Below, in pieces: positions 39,038-47,992 of a stretch of 64,000 bases of DNA (positions are counted from its first letter, which is position 1; the number at the start of each line of letters is the position of its first letter). Both the position numbers and the translations under genes were made by a program. Origin of the DNA: Chitinophaga pinensis (lineage in GTDB: Bacteria; Bacteroidota; Bacteroidia; UKL13-3); assembly GCA_945898275.1 (NCBI GenBank), contig CAMDHZ010000008.1, forward strand, positions 67,542-131,541. The letters are read 5' to 3'. Under the pieces are notes generated by a model. The model did no database searches, was not told the origin of the DNA, and saw nothing but the letters and a program-made list of their open reading frames with translations.

Positions 39038-40267
39038 ATGCGTAAATTACTGCTTTTACTTTTAGTATTATTTCTTCGGTTTGAACCTAGCTTTGCACAG
39101 GTGTATGGTTGCACAGATCCCTTAGCAACTAATTATAATAATGCAGCTACTAGAAATAATGGCTCTTGCGTTTATGCTAATACGAGTATTGCTCCTGTTA
39201 AGTCTACCTTAATTTCTGACACACTGAATGAAAGTTCTGGCTTAATTATTTATGGAAACCGACTTTTCACGCACAATGACAATACCAATTTAAACTTATA
39301 TGCCTTGGATTCAATTACGGGCAAAATTGTTAATACTTATGAGGTAAAAGGTGCTAGCAATATCGATTGGGAAGACCTTACACAAGATGCAGAATTTTTT
39401 TACATCGGAGATTTTGGAAACAATAGCAGCGGCAATAGAAAGGATTTAAAAATTTATAAGATTAGCAAAGTGTCATTGCTTTCTCGCAATCCTTTGGTTC
39501 AAACCATAACATTTTCTTATGAACCCCAAACCGATTTTAGCCCGCAAGCCGCTAATCAAACCAACTTCGATTGCGAGGCAATGGCAGCTGGCAAAGATTC
39601 CTTGTTTTTATTTTCTAAAGAATGGAGCAGCAATATAACGAGAGTATATTCGGTGCCAAAAGTTCCTGGAAATTATAAACTCAGGCCCTCATCTTCTTAT
39701 GATGTTAAAGGTTTAATTACTGGCGCATCCTTGCTAGAGGATAAGAGAGTTTTATTGCTTTGTGGTTACTCCACTTTGCTTCAACCATTTTTATATTTGA
39801 TGTATGATTATGAACCAGGTAATTTCTTTAGTGGCAACAAGAGAAAAGTACAATTGGATTTAGGTTTTCACCAAGTTGAAGGAATTGCTTCATTAAATGG
39901 GAAACAGGCATTTATTAGTAATGAGCATTTTATTAAACAACCATTAGCAAATAATCCTCAAAAAATTCATGTGCTAAATTTATCTAGTTTATTGGCAAAT
40001 TACTTGGATAATCCACCAACCTCATTGTCTAAAATTACATCTAGAAATGAAGATATTACTGTTTTTCCAGTGCCTAGCGATGGCGTTTTTAACCTAAAAG
40101 GCTTTTATGGTACTTTGGAGTTGTTTAATACTGCTGGAGAATTGTTAAAGCGATTTGAACCAAGTGAAGGTTTGCGAAAAATTGATTGTTCTGACTTGCC
40201 ATCTGGAATTTACTTTCTAAGAGGAAATGAAATAGAAACTATTAAACTTAGTGTTGAAAAACCTTAA
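39038..40267 (+). CDS. T9SS-secreted protein, GCTDP..NY motif plus beta-propeller-like domain
   Basis: YGCTDPLATNYN, ESSGL, THND, NIDWEDL, IGDFGNN, FDCEA; C-terminal VFPVPS...GIYFL. Confidence 0.75.
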   Translation: MRKLLLLLLVLFLRFEPSFAQVYGCTDPLATNYNNAATRNNGSCVYANTSIAPVKSTLISDTLNESSGLIIYGNRLFTHNDNTNLNLYALDSITGKIVNTYEVKGASNIDWEDLTQDAEFFYIGDFGNNSSGNRKDLKIYKISKVSLLSRNPLVQTITFSYEPQTDFSPQAANQTNFDCEAMAAGKDSLFLFSKEWSSNITRVYSVPKVPGNYKLRPSSSYDVKGLITGASLLEDKRVLLLCGYSTLLQPFLYLMYDYEPGNFFSGNKRKVQLDLGFHQVEGIASLNGKQAFISNEHFIKQPLANNPQKIHVLNLSSLLANYLDNPPTSLSKITSRNEDITVFPVPSDGVFNLKGFYGTLELFNTAGELLKRFEPSEGLRKIDCSDLPSGIYFLRGNEIETIKLSVEKP

Positions 40268-40340
40268 GAAATTTTTGTTAATTAATTTCTTGCAGAGTAT
40301 TTTTAATATTGATATAATTGAAGACATTTTATTTATTTAT

Positions 40341-41132
40341 ATGAAAAAAAATATACTTTCATTTTTATTTTTACTATTTATTAGTTCTAAAGGTTTTTCT
40401 GCTTTGATGGTAGAAAATTTAAACATAACTGTTAATGCTGCTAATCCAACTGCAAACATTACACCTTCATTTGTACAGTCACCTTTATTTTCTGTTAACT
40501 ATTTTGCAGCTCCAGGTTCAATATCTATTATTGGAAAAAATGTTGCTCAATTTAAAAGTAAACTAGTTGCTGACCTTATTATTCAAAACAACTACCATCC
40601 AACTAGACTTTATAATAACAGCAATGCGAGTGGCTATAGAAATTATTATACCTCACCTATATTTTTTTCGAATAATTCTTTAGGCTTTGTAAATAGATTT
40701 TCTGGTTTAGGTAATCAATATATTGCTGGTCAGGCTATTTTTACCGAAGGAGATACCATAAATTTTTGGATATTGGTTAACTTAAGTGAAGACGCTTCAG
40801 AGTTGAAAATTGTTAAAATAGGATATGACGACGAATCTGGAAAATTTCCTCAAACAGGTACAGAAGGAATGAATATTCCAATGGGAGTTAACGAGAATTT
40901 AGCTTCTAAATTAAATATTTATCCGCAACCAGCCCACGATGCCATAAATATTGAAATGCTAGGTAAGCAAATTGTTTCTAGTAACATATTTAACCTTAAT
41001 GGCGATTTAGTTGCTCAATACGGTTTAAATAGCAATAAAATTGAAGTAGCAAATTTGCCTAGAGGAGTTTATATATTACAAGTAAAATGTAGTGAAGGTA
41101 TTGTTACCAAGAAGGTGATAATTGGCGAATAA
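40341..41132 (+). CDS. T9SS-secreted hypothetical protein
   Basis: Signal peptide from ATG 40341 (MKKNILSFL); C-terminal IYPQPA...LPRGVYIL..TKKVII. Confidence 0.78.
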   Translation: MKKNILSFLFLLFISSKGFSALMVENLNITVNAANPTANITPSFVQSPLFSVNYFAAPGSISIIGKNVAQFKSKLVADLIIQNNYHPTRLYNNSNASGYRNYYTSPIFFSNNSLGFVNRFSGLGNQYIAGQAIFTEGDTINFWILVNLSEDASELKIVKIGYDDESGKFPQTGTEGMNIPMGVNENLASKLNIYPQPAHDAINIEMLGKQIVSSNIFNLNGDLVAQYGLNSNKIEVANLPRGVYILQVKCSEGIVTKKVIIGE

Positions 41133-41150
41133 CTCAATAATTAATAATTA

Positions 41151-41191
41151 AAAAAAGGGACAAGTCTAACTAATAGATTTGTCCCTTTTTT
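41151..41191. terminator. Bidirectional Rho-independent terminator
   Basis: AAAAAAGGGACAAGTCTA-ACTAA-TAGATTTGTCCCTTTTTT between convergent genes. Confidence 0.88.
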
Positions 41192-42375
41192 TATGCTTTT
41201 AATTCTTCTAAGGCAAGCCAAGACATTAGTCCGGCGCCAATTGCCAAAGCATCTTCGTCAATATCAAAGGTAGGTGTATGTACGCCAGAAATAATCCCTT
41301 TAGACTCATTTCGAGTTCCTAACCTATAAAAACATGAAGGCGCTGTTTGAGAGAAATAGGCAAAGTCTTCAGCAGCCATCCAAATGTCTAAGTCTAGCAC
41401 ATTCTCTTTACCTAAATAGGCTTCTGCTGCTTGCTTAGCTCTTTTCGTGAGCGCTGGGTCATTCATAAGAAAGGGATAGCCTTTTCTAATATCAAAATGA
41501 ATGCTAGCATTGTTTGCCTTAGCAATTCCTTCTGCAATTTCTAGCATTCTTTCATGTGCCTCAGCTCTCCATTTTTCATCAAGGGTTCTAAATGTTCCTT
41601 CTAGGTATACTTCATTCGGAATGACATTGGTAGCACCATTGGCTATTACTTTTCCAAAACTTAATACACTTGGCACAATAGGATTGGCGCTTCTGCTAAC
41701 CACTGTTTGAAGTGCATTGATTAATTGTGCCATAACTACAACTGGATCTACCCCAAGATGTGGCATGGCTCCATGGCCTCCTTTGCCTTTAATGGTAACG
41801 TAAATTTCATCGGTGCTTGCCATATACAAGCCACTTCTAAAGCCAACTTTTCCAACCGGAATTAAAGGCATTACGTGTTGACCCAAGACATTATTAACAG
41901 ATGGATTTTGAAGCACACCTTCTTTTATCATCAATGAAGCACCACCCGGCAGTTTTTCTTCCCCAGGTTGAAATATCAACTTTATGGTTCCTTCAAATTC
42001 ATTTTTAAGTTGGTTCAAAACGCTTGCCACACCTAACAAACAAGTGGTATGTACATCATGACCGCAAGCATGCATTACGCCAACATTTACAGATTTGTAT
42101 GGAACATCATTTGCTTCTGTTATTGGCAATGCGTCCATATCTGCGCGCAAAGCAATTATTTTTTTACTGGGATTTTTACCTTCTATTATAACTACTAAAC
42201 CTGTAGTAGCCATTTCTTTTATATCTGTAATTCTTAATGCTAATAATTGAGCTTTAACATAGCTCATTGTTTGGTGCTCTTGAAAAGATAATTCTGGATG
42301 AGCATGCAGATGTCTTCTTATTTTACTTAGTTCTTCGGCATTTTGCCCAACCAATGACTTTATTTTATCAATCAT
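41191..42375 (-). CDS. M20D family amidohydrolase
   Basis: RRHLHAHPELS, LRADMDALP, MHACGHDVH, FQPGEE, AEDF, HTPTF. Confidence 0.93.
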   Translation of the reverse strand: MIDKIKSLVGQNAEELSKIRRHLHAHPELSFQEHQTMSYVKAQLLALRITDIKEMATTGLVVIIEGKNPSKKIIALRADMDALPITEANDVPYKSVNVGVMHACGHDVHTTCLLGVASVLNQLKNEFEGTIKLIFQPGEEKLPGGASLMIKEGVLQNPSVNNVLGQHVMPLIPVGKVGFRSGLYMASTDEIYVTIKGKGGHGAMPHLGVDPVVVMAQLINALQTVVSRSANPIVPSVLSFGKVIANGATNVIPNEVYLEGTFRTLDEKWRAEAHERMLEIAEGIAKANNASIHFDIRKGYPFLMNDPALTKRAKQAAEAYLGKENVLDLDIWMAAEDFAYFSQTAPSCFYRLGTRNESKGIISGVHTPTFDIDEDALAIGAGLMSWLALEELKA

Positions 42376-42411
42376 AACTCAAAGTTAATATTTAGTATTT
42401 ATTCACCAAGC

Positions 42412-45213
42412 TTAGGCCTGGTTTGAACCCACAAAATACATGTCTATTTCTCCCTTGCCTTTTGCAGAAACCTTACCTCTATGGATGCACATAAATTTAT
42501 CTTTTATCAATTCATAGGTACTTTGGCTTATGTTTACCTTGCCTACTTCTCCTGAAGATTCCATGCGTGAAGCGGTATTTACAGTGTCTCCCCAAATATC
42601 ATAGGCAAACTTTTTTATACCCACAATTCCTGCCACCACTGGGCCTGTATGTACACCTATCCTAATTTCGAAATAAGGCAATTGTTCTGCAATTTTTTTT
42701 GCCTTACCCTCTTGCATGAATTGACAAATTTCAAGAGCTGCTTTTACCACGTCTTCTGCATGTGTTTGGTTTGGCATAGGCAAACCACCTGCTGCCATAT
42801 ATGCATCTCCAATGGTTTTAATTTTTTCAATACCATGTTTATGCATAATATGGTCAAATGCAGAGAAACACTCGTTTAAATCACGTACCAATTCTTTCGG
42901 ACTGAGTGTTTCTGACAAGGCTGTAAATCCTTTAAAATCTGTAAACAAAACGGTAACTTCCTCAATTAATTTGGCTTCTGCAGCCCCTGTCGATTTTAAT
43001 TCTTCCGCAACTTCAGCTGGTAAAATATTGAGTAATAACTCGTCACTGCGTTTCTTTTCTTTTGCAGTTCTTCTCAATCCCATAAAAATAGAACTTGCTA
43101 GTAAAAGCATTAAAATAGTACCACCAATAAATAAATTTCTTTGCGCATTTTTAGTTTCTATTTCTTGTTTTTGTGTTTCAACTAAGGCTTGTTGTAATTC
43201 CTTTTCTTGACCCAATACTGTCAATTGGGTAGCTTGCAGTTGCTTTTCCTTTTCAGATATTGTTAGTTGTTTTTCTTTATTTTGCTTTTCAGCTTTTTCT
43301 TTTAAATAGGCAAGATGCTGTAAATCCTTTTCTTTATGGCTGAGTTCTAAATCCATTTGTTTTAGGCCAAGTTCTTGTTGGCTTCTGGCGAACATTTCTT
43401 CACTTAGTTGCTTTTCAAATTTCAATTTAGTTTCATTTTTGTCAAAAGCATACAACATTTCTTTGCGTTCATTCTTACCCTTGATTGCATCTTTTTCAAT
43501 GCTATCTCTTAGCATAATATAATTCTTATATGCTTCATAGGCTTTTGGAAAGTCTCCTTGCTTTTGATAAATCTCACTTAGGCTAGCATAGTTTTCTTTT
43601 TGACCCAATAACCTCCCAATTTCCTTGTTGATTGAAAGAGCTCTGCTTGAGTATTCTATGGCTTTTGTATAACGTTCAATAGGAACAATTCCCATAGCAG
43701 TTAGACCTGCCTCCGAGGCATTATAATACACCTTTCCAATATTACCAAGGTTAATGGCCATATTGGCTTTGTTTCCAAGTTGCTCAAAAATGCTTAGGGC
43801 TTTTTGATTATAGTCTAAAAATTTGGGATAATCAGAAAGTGCTTGATAAACATCCCCAATATTTCCAAGCGTTTCGGCAAAAGCATTTTTATCGCCAATT
43901 TGCTCATTGATGCTTTGTGCTTTTTGATAATAATCTAGCGCTTTGGAATAATTTGCCAAGTAATAATATTCAAGACCTATGTTGTGCAAAAAATTTGATA
44001 TGCTTGTTTTATTCCCTATTTGCTCATTTATGCTAAGTGCCCTTTGATAGTTTTCAATTGCTTTTTCATGTTCAAAAAGATTAGAATTAACCAATCCTAT
44101 TCCGCCATAAGCAAACGCCATTCCTACCTTATTTCCAATCTGTTCATGTATATTTAGTGCTTTTTGGAAGTTTTCAAATGCTTTGGGATAATCAGAATAA
44201 CTCAAATATATATTACCCAAGTTCCCATGAATAGTGGCAGTAGTTCCTTTATTTTCTAATTGTTCATGAATTAATAAGGCTTTTTGAAAATTCACTAATG
44301 CATTTGGGTAGTCCAAATTATTGTAAGAAATCATAGCTATGTTTACCAATAAATTTGCAGCCTTACTTTTATTGCCTATCTGTTCATAAATACTCAAGGC
44401 TCCTAAGTACTTTTCCTGTGCTTTGGCATAATCTGAAAGCGCAGCATGAACCGACCCAATACTGTTTAGATTTGAAGCCATTCCTATTTTATAGCCTAAA
44501 CTTTCATTTATTTTCAAAGCATTTTGTAGGTTTTCAAATGATTTAGGAAATTCGGAAAGGCATTTATAAGCTTGCCCTATACCTGATAGATTATTTGCTA
44601 TGTTGCTTTGATTCCCTATTTGCTCTTGTGTGCGTAGTGCTTTTTGATAATATTCTAAAGCTTTTAAACAATTAGAATTTTTGAGGTGGTAACTTCCAAT
44701 ACTTTCATTTGAAAGGGAAATACCCATTCGATTGTTTAATGCCTCAAATTGATGTAAAGCATTTTCAAAAAGATCCAGGCTCTTTTTTCCTGCTCCTTCT
44801 CGTAAATAAATATATCCAATATTTAAATTGTTTATTGCTGCTCCAAATTTATTTTTCTGTTTTTGATTAATGACAAGTGCTTTATTAAAACAATCCAATC
44901 CAAGAGAATATTCATTCTTAGCTGTATGATTTAATCCTTTGTTGTGGTATGCCTCTGCCAATAAAATTGGATTGTTGAGGTTTTGTGCCAAGCTAATGGC
45001 CAATGTGCTGCTTTCAATACCTTTGTTGGGGTTTATTTTAGCATAGCAAAAAGCTAGTGCATTAAGTGTTTTTAACTTTGAACCATCTTGTTTCGTTTGG
45101 CGCTCGCTGACTTTTATTAAACTATCAAGTGATAATTCTTTAAGGTTTGTTTGCGCCGTTATGGTTCCAGTAAGAAGAAATAAACTACTTAAATACAAAA
45201 AGAATTGTTTCAT
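42412..45213 (-). CDS. Membrane-bound class III adenylate cyclase with extracytoplasmic TPR array
   Basis: Signal peptide, many ~40-aa TPR units, coiled coil, TM, LLLNILP, LFTDFKGFT, KTIGDAYM, YDIWGDTVNTASRMES (K/D residues typical of ATP specificity). Confidence 0.92.
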   Translation of the reverse strand: MKQFFLYLSSLFLLTGTITAQTNLKELSLDSLIKVSERQTKQDGSKLKTLNALAFCYAKINPNKGIESSTLAISLAQNLNNPILLAEAYHNKGLNHTAKNEYSLGLDCFNKALVINQKQKNKFGAAINNLNIGYIYLREGAGKKSLDLFENALHQFEALNNRMGISLSNESIGSYHLKNSNCLKALEYYQKALRTQEQIGNQSNIANNLSGIGQAYKCLSEFPKSFENLQNALKINESLGYKIGMASNLNSIGSVHAALSDYAKAQEKYLGALSIYEQIGNKSKAANLLVNIAMISYNNLDYPNALVNFQKALLIHEQLENKGTTATIHGNLGNIYLSYSDYPKAFENFQKALNIHEQIGNKVGMAFAYGGIGLVNSNLFEHEKAIENYQRALSINEQIGNKTSISNFLHNIGLEYYYLANYSKALDYYQKAQSINEQIGDKNAFAETLGNIGDVYQALSDYPKFLDYNQKALSIFEQLGNKANMAINLGNIGKVYYNASEAGLTAMGIVPIERYTKAIEYSSRALSINKEIGRLLGQKENYASLSEIYQKQGDFPKAYEAYKNYIMLRDSIEKDAIKGKNERKEMLYAFDKNETKLKFEKQLSEEMFARSQQELGLKQMDLELSHKEKDLQHLAYLKEKAEKQNKEKQLTISEKEKQLQATQLTVLGQEKELQQALVETQKQEIETKNAQRNLFIGGTILMLLLASSIFMGLRRTAKEKKRSDELLLNILPAEVAEELKSTGAAEAKLIEEVTVLFTDFKGFTALSETLSPKELVRDLNECFSAFDHIMHKHGIEKIKTIGDAYMAAGGLPMPNQTHAEDVVKAALEICQFMQEGKAKKIAEQLPYFEIRIGVHTGPVVAGIVGIKKFAYDIWGDTVNTASRMESSGEVGKVNISQSTYELIKDKFMCIHRGKVSAKGKGEIDMYFVGSNQA

Positions 45214-45338
45214 AAAATTGCTAACTATTGGTTTTCAACCTATACAATTAAAGTGAATAAATTAAACTTTTCTGTTTTTTTTTTATCAAACCGAAGGAAA
45301 ACATTTCTTTTGACGTCTAATGCAATAAATTTACTTCC

Positions 45339-45587
45339 ATGAAACTGAATAAAAATATCGCTGTAAGTGATAATGGGTTTATATTTAACCCACTAAGTGG
45401 TGATTCTTTTAGCACCAATCCTATTGGACAAGAAGTTATTCGTTTGATGAAGGAACAAAAAACAAAAGAGGAAATCGTTAAAACATTGGCTCAAAAATAC
45501 AACTCTGAAGAGGCTAATATTGAAAAGGATTTGGTTGATTTTTTTCAAATGCTATTGTCTTATCAATTGATTTCTGAGCATGAGTAA
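45339..45587 (+). CDS. PqqD-family (RRE-like) protein
   Basis: 82 aa; beta-beta-beta then helices: GFIFNP.SGDSF.TN.IG..I, L..KY......IEKDL.DF...L. Confidence 0.8.
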   Translation: MKLNKNIAVSDNGFIFNPLSGDSFSTNPIGQEVIRLMKEQKTKEEIVKTLAQKYNSEEANIEKDLVDFFQMLLSYQLISEHE

Positions 45588-46629
45588 AAGGAAGATTACC
45601 GTTGCAGTTTCTGGCCTAAACAATATTGATAGTCCAGGTCCAGGAATTCCTGTTATAAGAGGACTTAAAGAAAGCTCCAAATTTGAAGTTAGAATAATTG
45701 GTTTGTCCTATGAGAATCTTGAGCCAGGCCTTTACTTGCATGATTTGGTTGATAAGTCTTATTCCATTCCCTTGCCATCCTCAGGTATGGATAGTTTGTT
45801 ACAAAGACTTGCCTATATCAATAGCATTGAAAATTTAGATGTTATCATCCCAAATTTTGATGCAGAATTGCACAGTTTTATAAAATTAGGTCCGATTTTA
45901 AAACGAGATTATGGTATCTCAAGTTTTATGCCCGATTTGGAAACCTTCGAGAGCCGCCATAAATCAGTATTGTTCGAGTTTGGCGAAAAAAACGAAGTGA
46001 AAGTCCCTAAAAGCAAAATGATTTTCAGTCCGAATGAAATTTTAGCCGTAGGAAATAGCTTTGGTTTTCCGTTAGTTGTTAAAGGAAAATACTACGATGC
46101 CAGCATTGCAGCAACACCTGAACAAGCCATTAATTATTTTCATAAGATTTCTGCCAAATGGGGTTTACCTATTATTCTTCAAGAATTTGTAAGTGGTAAT
46201 GAAGTAAATGTTACAGCAATAGGGGATGGAAATGGGAACTGCATTGGCGCAGTTCCAATGCGAAAACTTTACATTACAGATAAAGGCAAAGCTTGGGCTG
46301 GTATTTCTTTATTAGATGATGAATTAATTGAAATCACCAATAGGGTAATAGGAAATTCTAAGTGGCGTGGTGGTTGCGAACTAGAATTTATCAAAACCAA
46401 CTCAGGCGACTATTATTTATTAGAAATGAATCCTCGCTTTCCTGCTTGGGTTTACTTAGCTGTTGGATGTGGTCAAAATCACCCAGAGGCATTGGTAGCA
46501 ATGGCTTTAGGGGAAGAAGTAAAGCCTTTTGAATCTTATCAGAATGGAAAATTGTTTGTGCGCTATAGCTTCGACCAAATAGTCGATTTAGCAGAATTTG
46601 AAAAAATATCAACTTTAGGAGAATTATAA
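45580..46629 (+). CDS. ATP-grasp ligase (CarB-like)
   Basis: FPLVVKG, ILQEFVSGNE, ELEFIK, LLEMNPRFPAW. Confidence 0.88.
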   Translation: MSKRKITVAVSGLNNIDSPGPGIPVIRGLKESSKFEVRIIGLSYENLEPGLYLHDLVDKSYSIPLPSSGMDSLLQRLAYINSIENLDVIIPNFDAELHSFIKLGPILKRDYGISSFMPDLETFESRHKSVLFEFGEKNEVKVPKSKMIFSPNEILAVGNSFGFPLVVKGKYYDASIAATPEQAINYFHKISAKWGLPIILQEFVSGNEVNVTAIGDGNGNCIGAVPMRKLYITDKGKAWAGISLLDDELIEITNRVIGNSKWRGGCELEFIKTNSGDYYLLEMNPRFPAWVYLAVGCGQNHPEALVAMALGEEVKPFESYQNGKLFVRYSFDQIVDLAEFEKISTLGEL

Positions 46630-46630
46630 A

Positions 46631-47989
46631 ATGACCAAGTTAACATACGAAAGACCTGTCATTCAGAAATTGAATACCGGCACAATGAATAAGTTTGGTT
46701 CAAGAACCGAATACACACCTGTAACTCATATTGAAGGAGTTTCTGTAAAGTCTTTAATGGCCGACTATGGTTCTCCTTTGTTTGTCATTAGCGAGCCTCA
46801 GATCAGAAGAAATTACCAAAGTGCGGTAAGGGCTTTCAAAACGCGCTACCCAAAAGTTCAATTTGCATGGAGTTATAAAACCAATTATCTCAATGCAGTT
46901 TGTAACGTATTTCATCAAGAAGGTGCTTGGGCAGAAGTTGTTTCTATTTTTGAATACCAAAAGGCAATTAAAAATGGGGTACCTGGGAATAAAATCATTT
47001 TCAATGGTCCTGATAAATCTTCTGATGATTTAAGAACTGCAATCAACAATCATTCTTTAATTCATATCGACCATTTTGATGAATTATACATGTTGATAGA
47101 AATTGCTCAAGAATTAAAAACAAAAGCTACCATTGCCATTAGGGTAAACATGGATACTGGCATTTATCCAATTTGGGATAGGTTTGGTTTTAATTATGAA
47201 AATGGACAAGCCTGGAATGCCATTAATAAAATCATGAGCGCCCCAGAGTTAGAACTCCATGGATTGCATTGTCATATTGGAACTTTTATGTTAAGTGCAG
47301 GTGCATATGCCACTGCTGCTTGGAAACTTTGTGATTTGGCTTGGAATGTGAAACTCAAATGGAATCACATGATTCAGTACTTAGATTTGGGTGGTGGCTT
47401 TGCCTCAGCTAATACACTGAAAGGAAGTTACCTTCAAGGCTCAGATATTATCCCAAGTACAGAAGATTATGCAGATGCAATCGCAACAACCATTCTTAAC
47501 TTTGGGTTCAAACCAGATGAATTGCCAATGTTGTTTTTAGAAACTGGACGATCGCTCATTGACGATGCTGGTTACTTATTAGGGTCTGTGCTCGCAACTA
47601 AGCGACTTAGCGATGGAAGAAGAGCCACCATCATGGATTTTGGTGTTAATTTGTTATTTACAGCCTTCTGGTATAACCATAAAATATCACCAGCCCAAGA
47701 GTTTTCTCATCACACAGAAGATATGGTGTTATATGGTCCATTATGCATGAACATCGATTGTATTAGAGAAAGCATCAATTTACCATTATTGTCAAAAGGA
47801 GATCAAGTGGTGGTGCATAGGGTAGGAGCTTATAATATGACCCAATGGATGCAGTTTATCCAAATGAGACCAAATGTTGTTATGGTTGATGCTAAGCAAA
47901 AAGTACATTTGATTAGAACCAAAGAATCTATTGATACTATGTTGAGATATGAGCTTGTTCCAGAACATTTAGAGCAGTTTAAATTGTAA
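46631..47989 (+). CDS. PLP-dependent fold-type III decarboxylase (LysA/Orn-DAP-Arg family)
   Basis: YGSPLF, WSYKTN (PLP lysine), AEVVS..E, IFNGP.K, LHCHIGT, DLGGGF, ETGR, GPLC..ID, GAY. Confidence 0.88.
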   Translation: MTKLTYERPVIQKLNTGTMNKFGSRTEYTPVTHIEGVSVKSLMADYGSPLFVISEPQIRRNYQSAVRAFKTRYPKVQFAWSYKTNYLNAVCNVFHQEGAWAEVVSIFEYQKAIKNGVPGNKIIFNGPDKSSDDLRTAINNHSLIHIDHFDELYMLIEIAQELKTKATIAIRVNMDTGIYPIWDRFGFNYENGQAWNAINKIMSAPELELHGLHCHIGTFMLSAGAYATAAWKLCDLAWNVKLKWNHMIQYLDLGGGFASANTLKGSYLQGSDIIPSTEDYADAIATTILNFGFKPDELPMLFLETGRSLIDDAGYLLGSVLATKRLSDGRRATIMDFGVNLLFTAFWYNHKISPAQEFSHHTEDMVLYGPLCMNIDCIRESINLPLLSKGDQVVVHRVGAYNMTQWMQFIQMRPNVVMVDAKQKVHLIRTKESIDTMLRYELVPEHLEQFKL

Positions 47990-47992
47990 AAT

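Noticed and set aside
43700..44950. Periodic ~120-bp similarity as a DNA repeat element
   Set aside because: It is explained by the 40-aa TPR units of the cyclase gene.
45339..45587. PQQ biosynthesis
   Set aside because: No pqqA, pqqB, pqqC or pqqE in the window. PqqD-like domains occur in many other systems.
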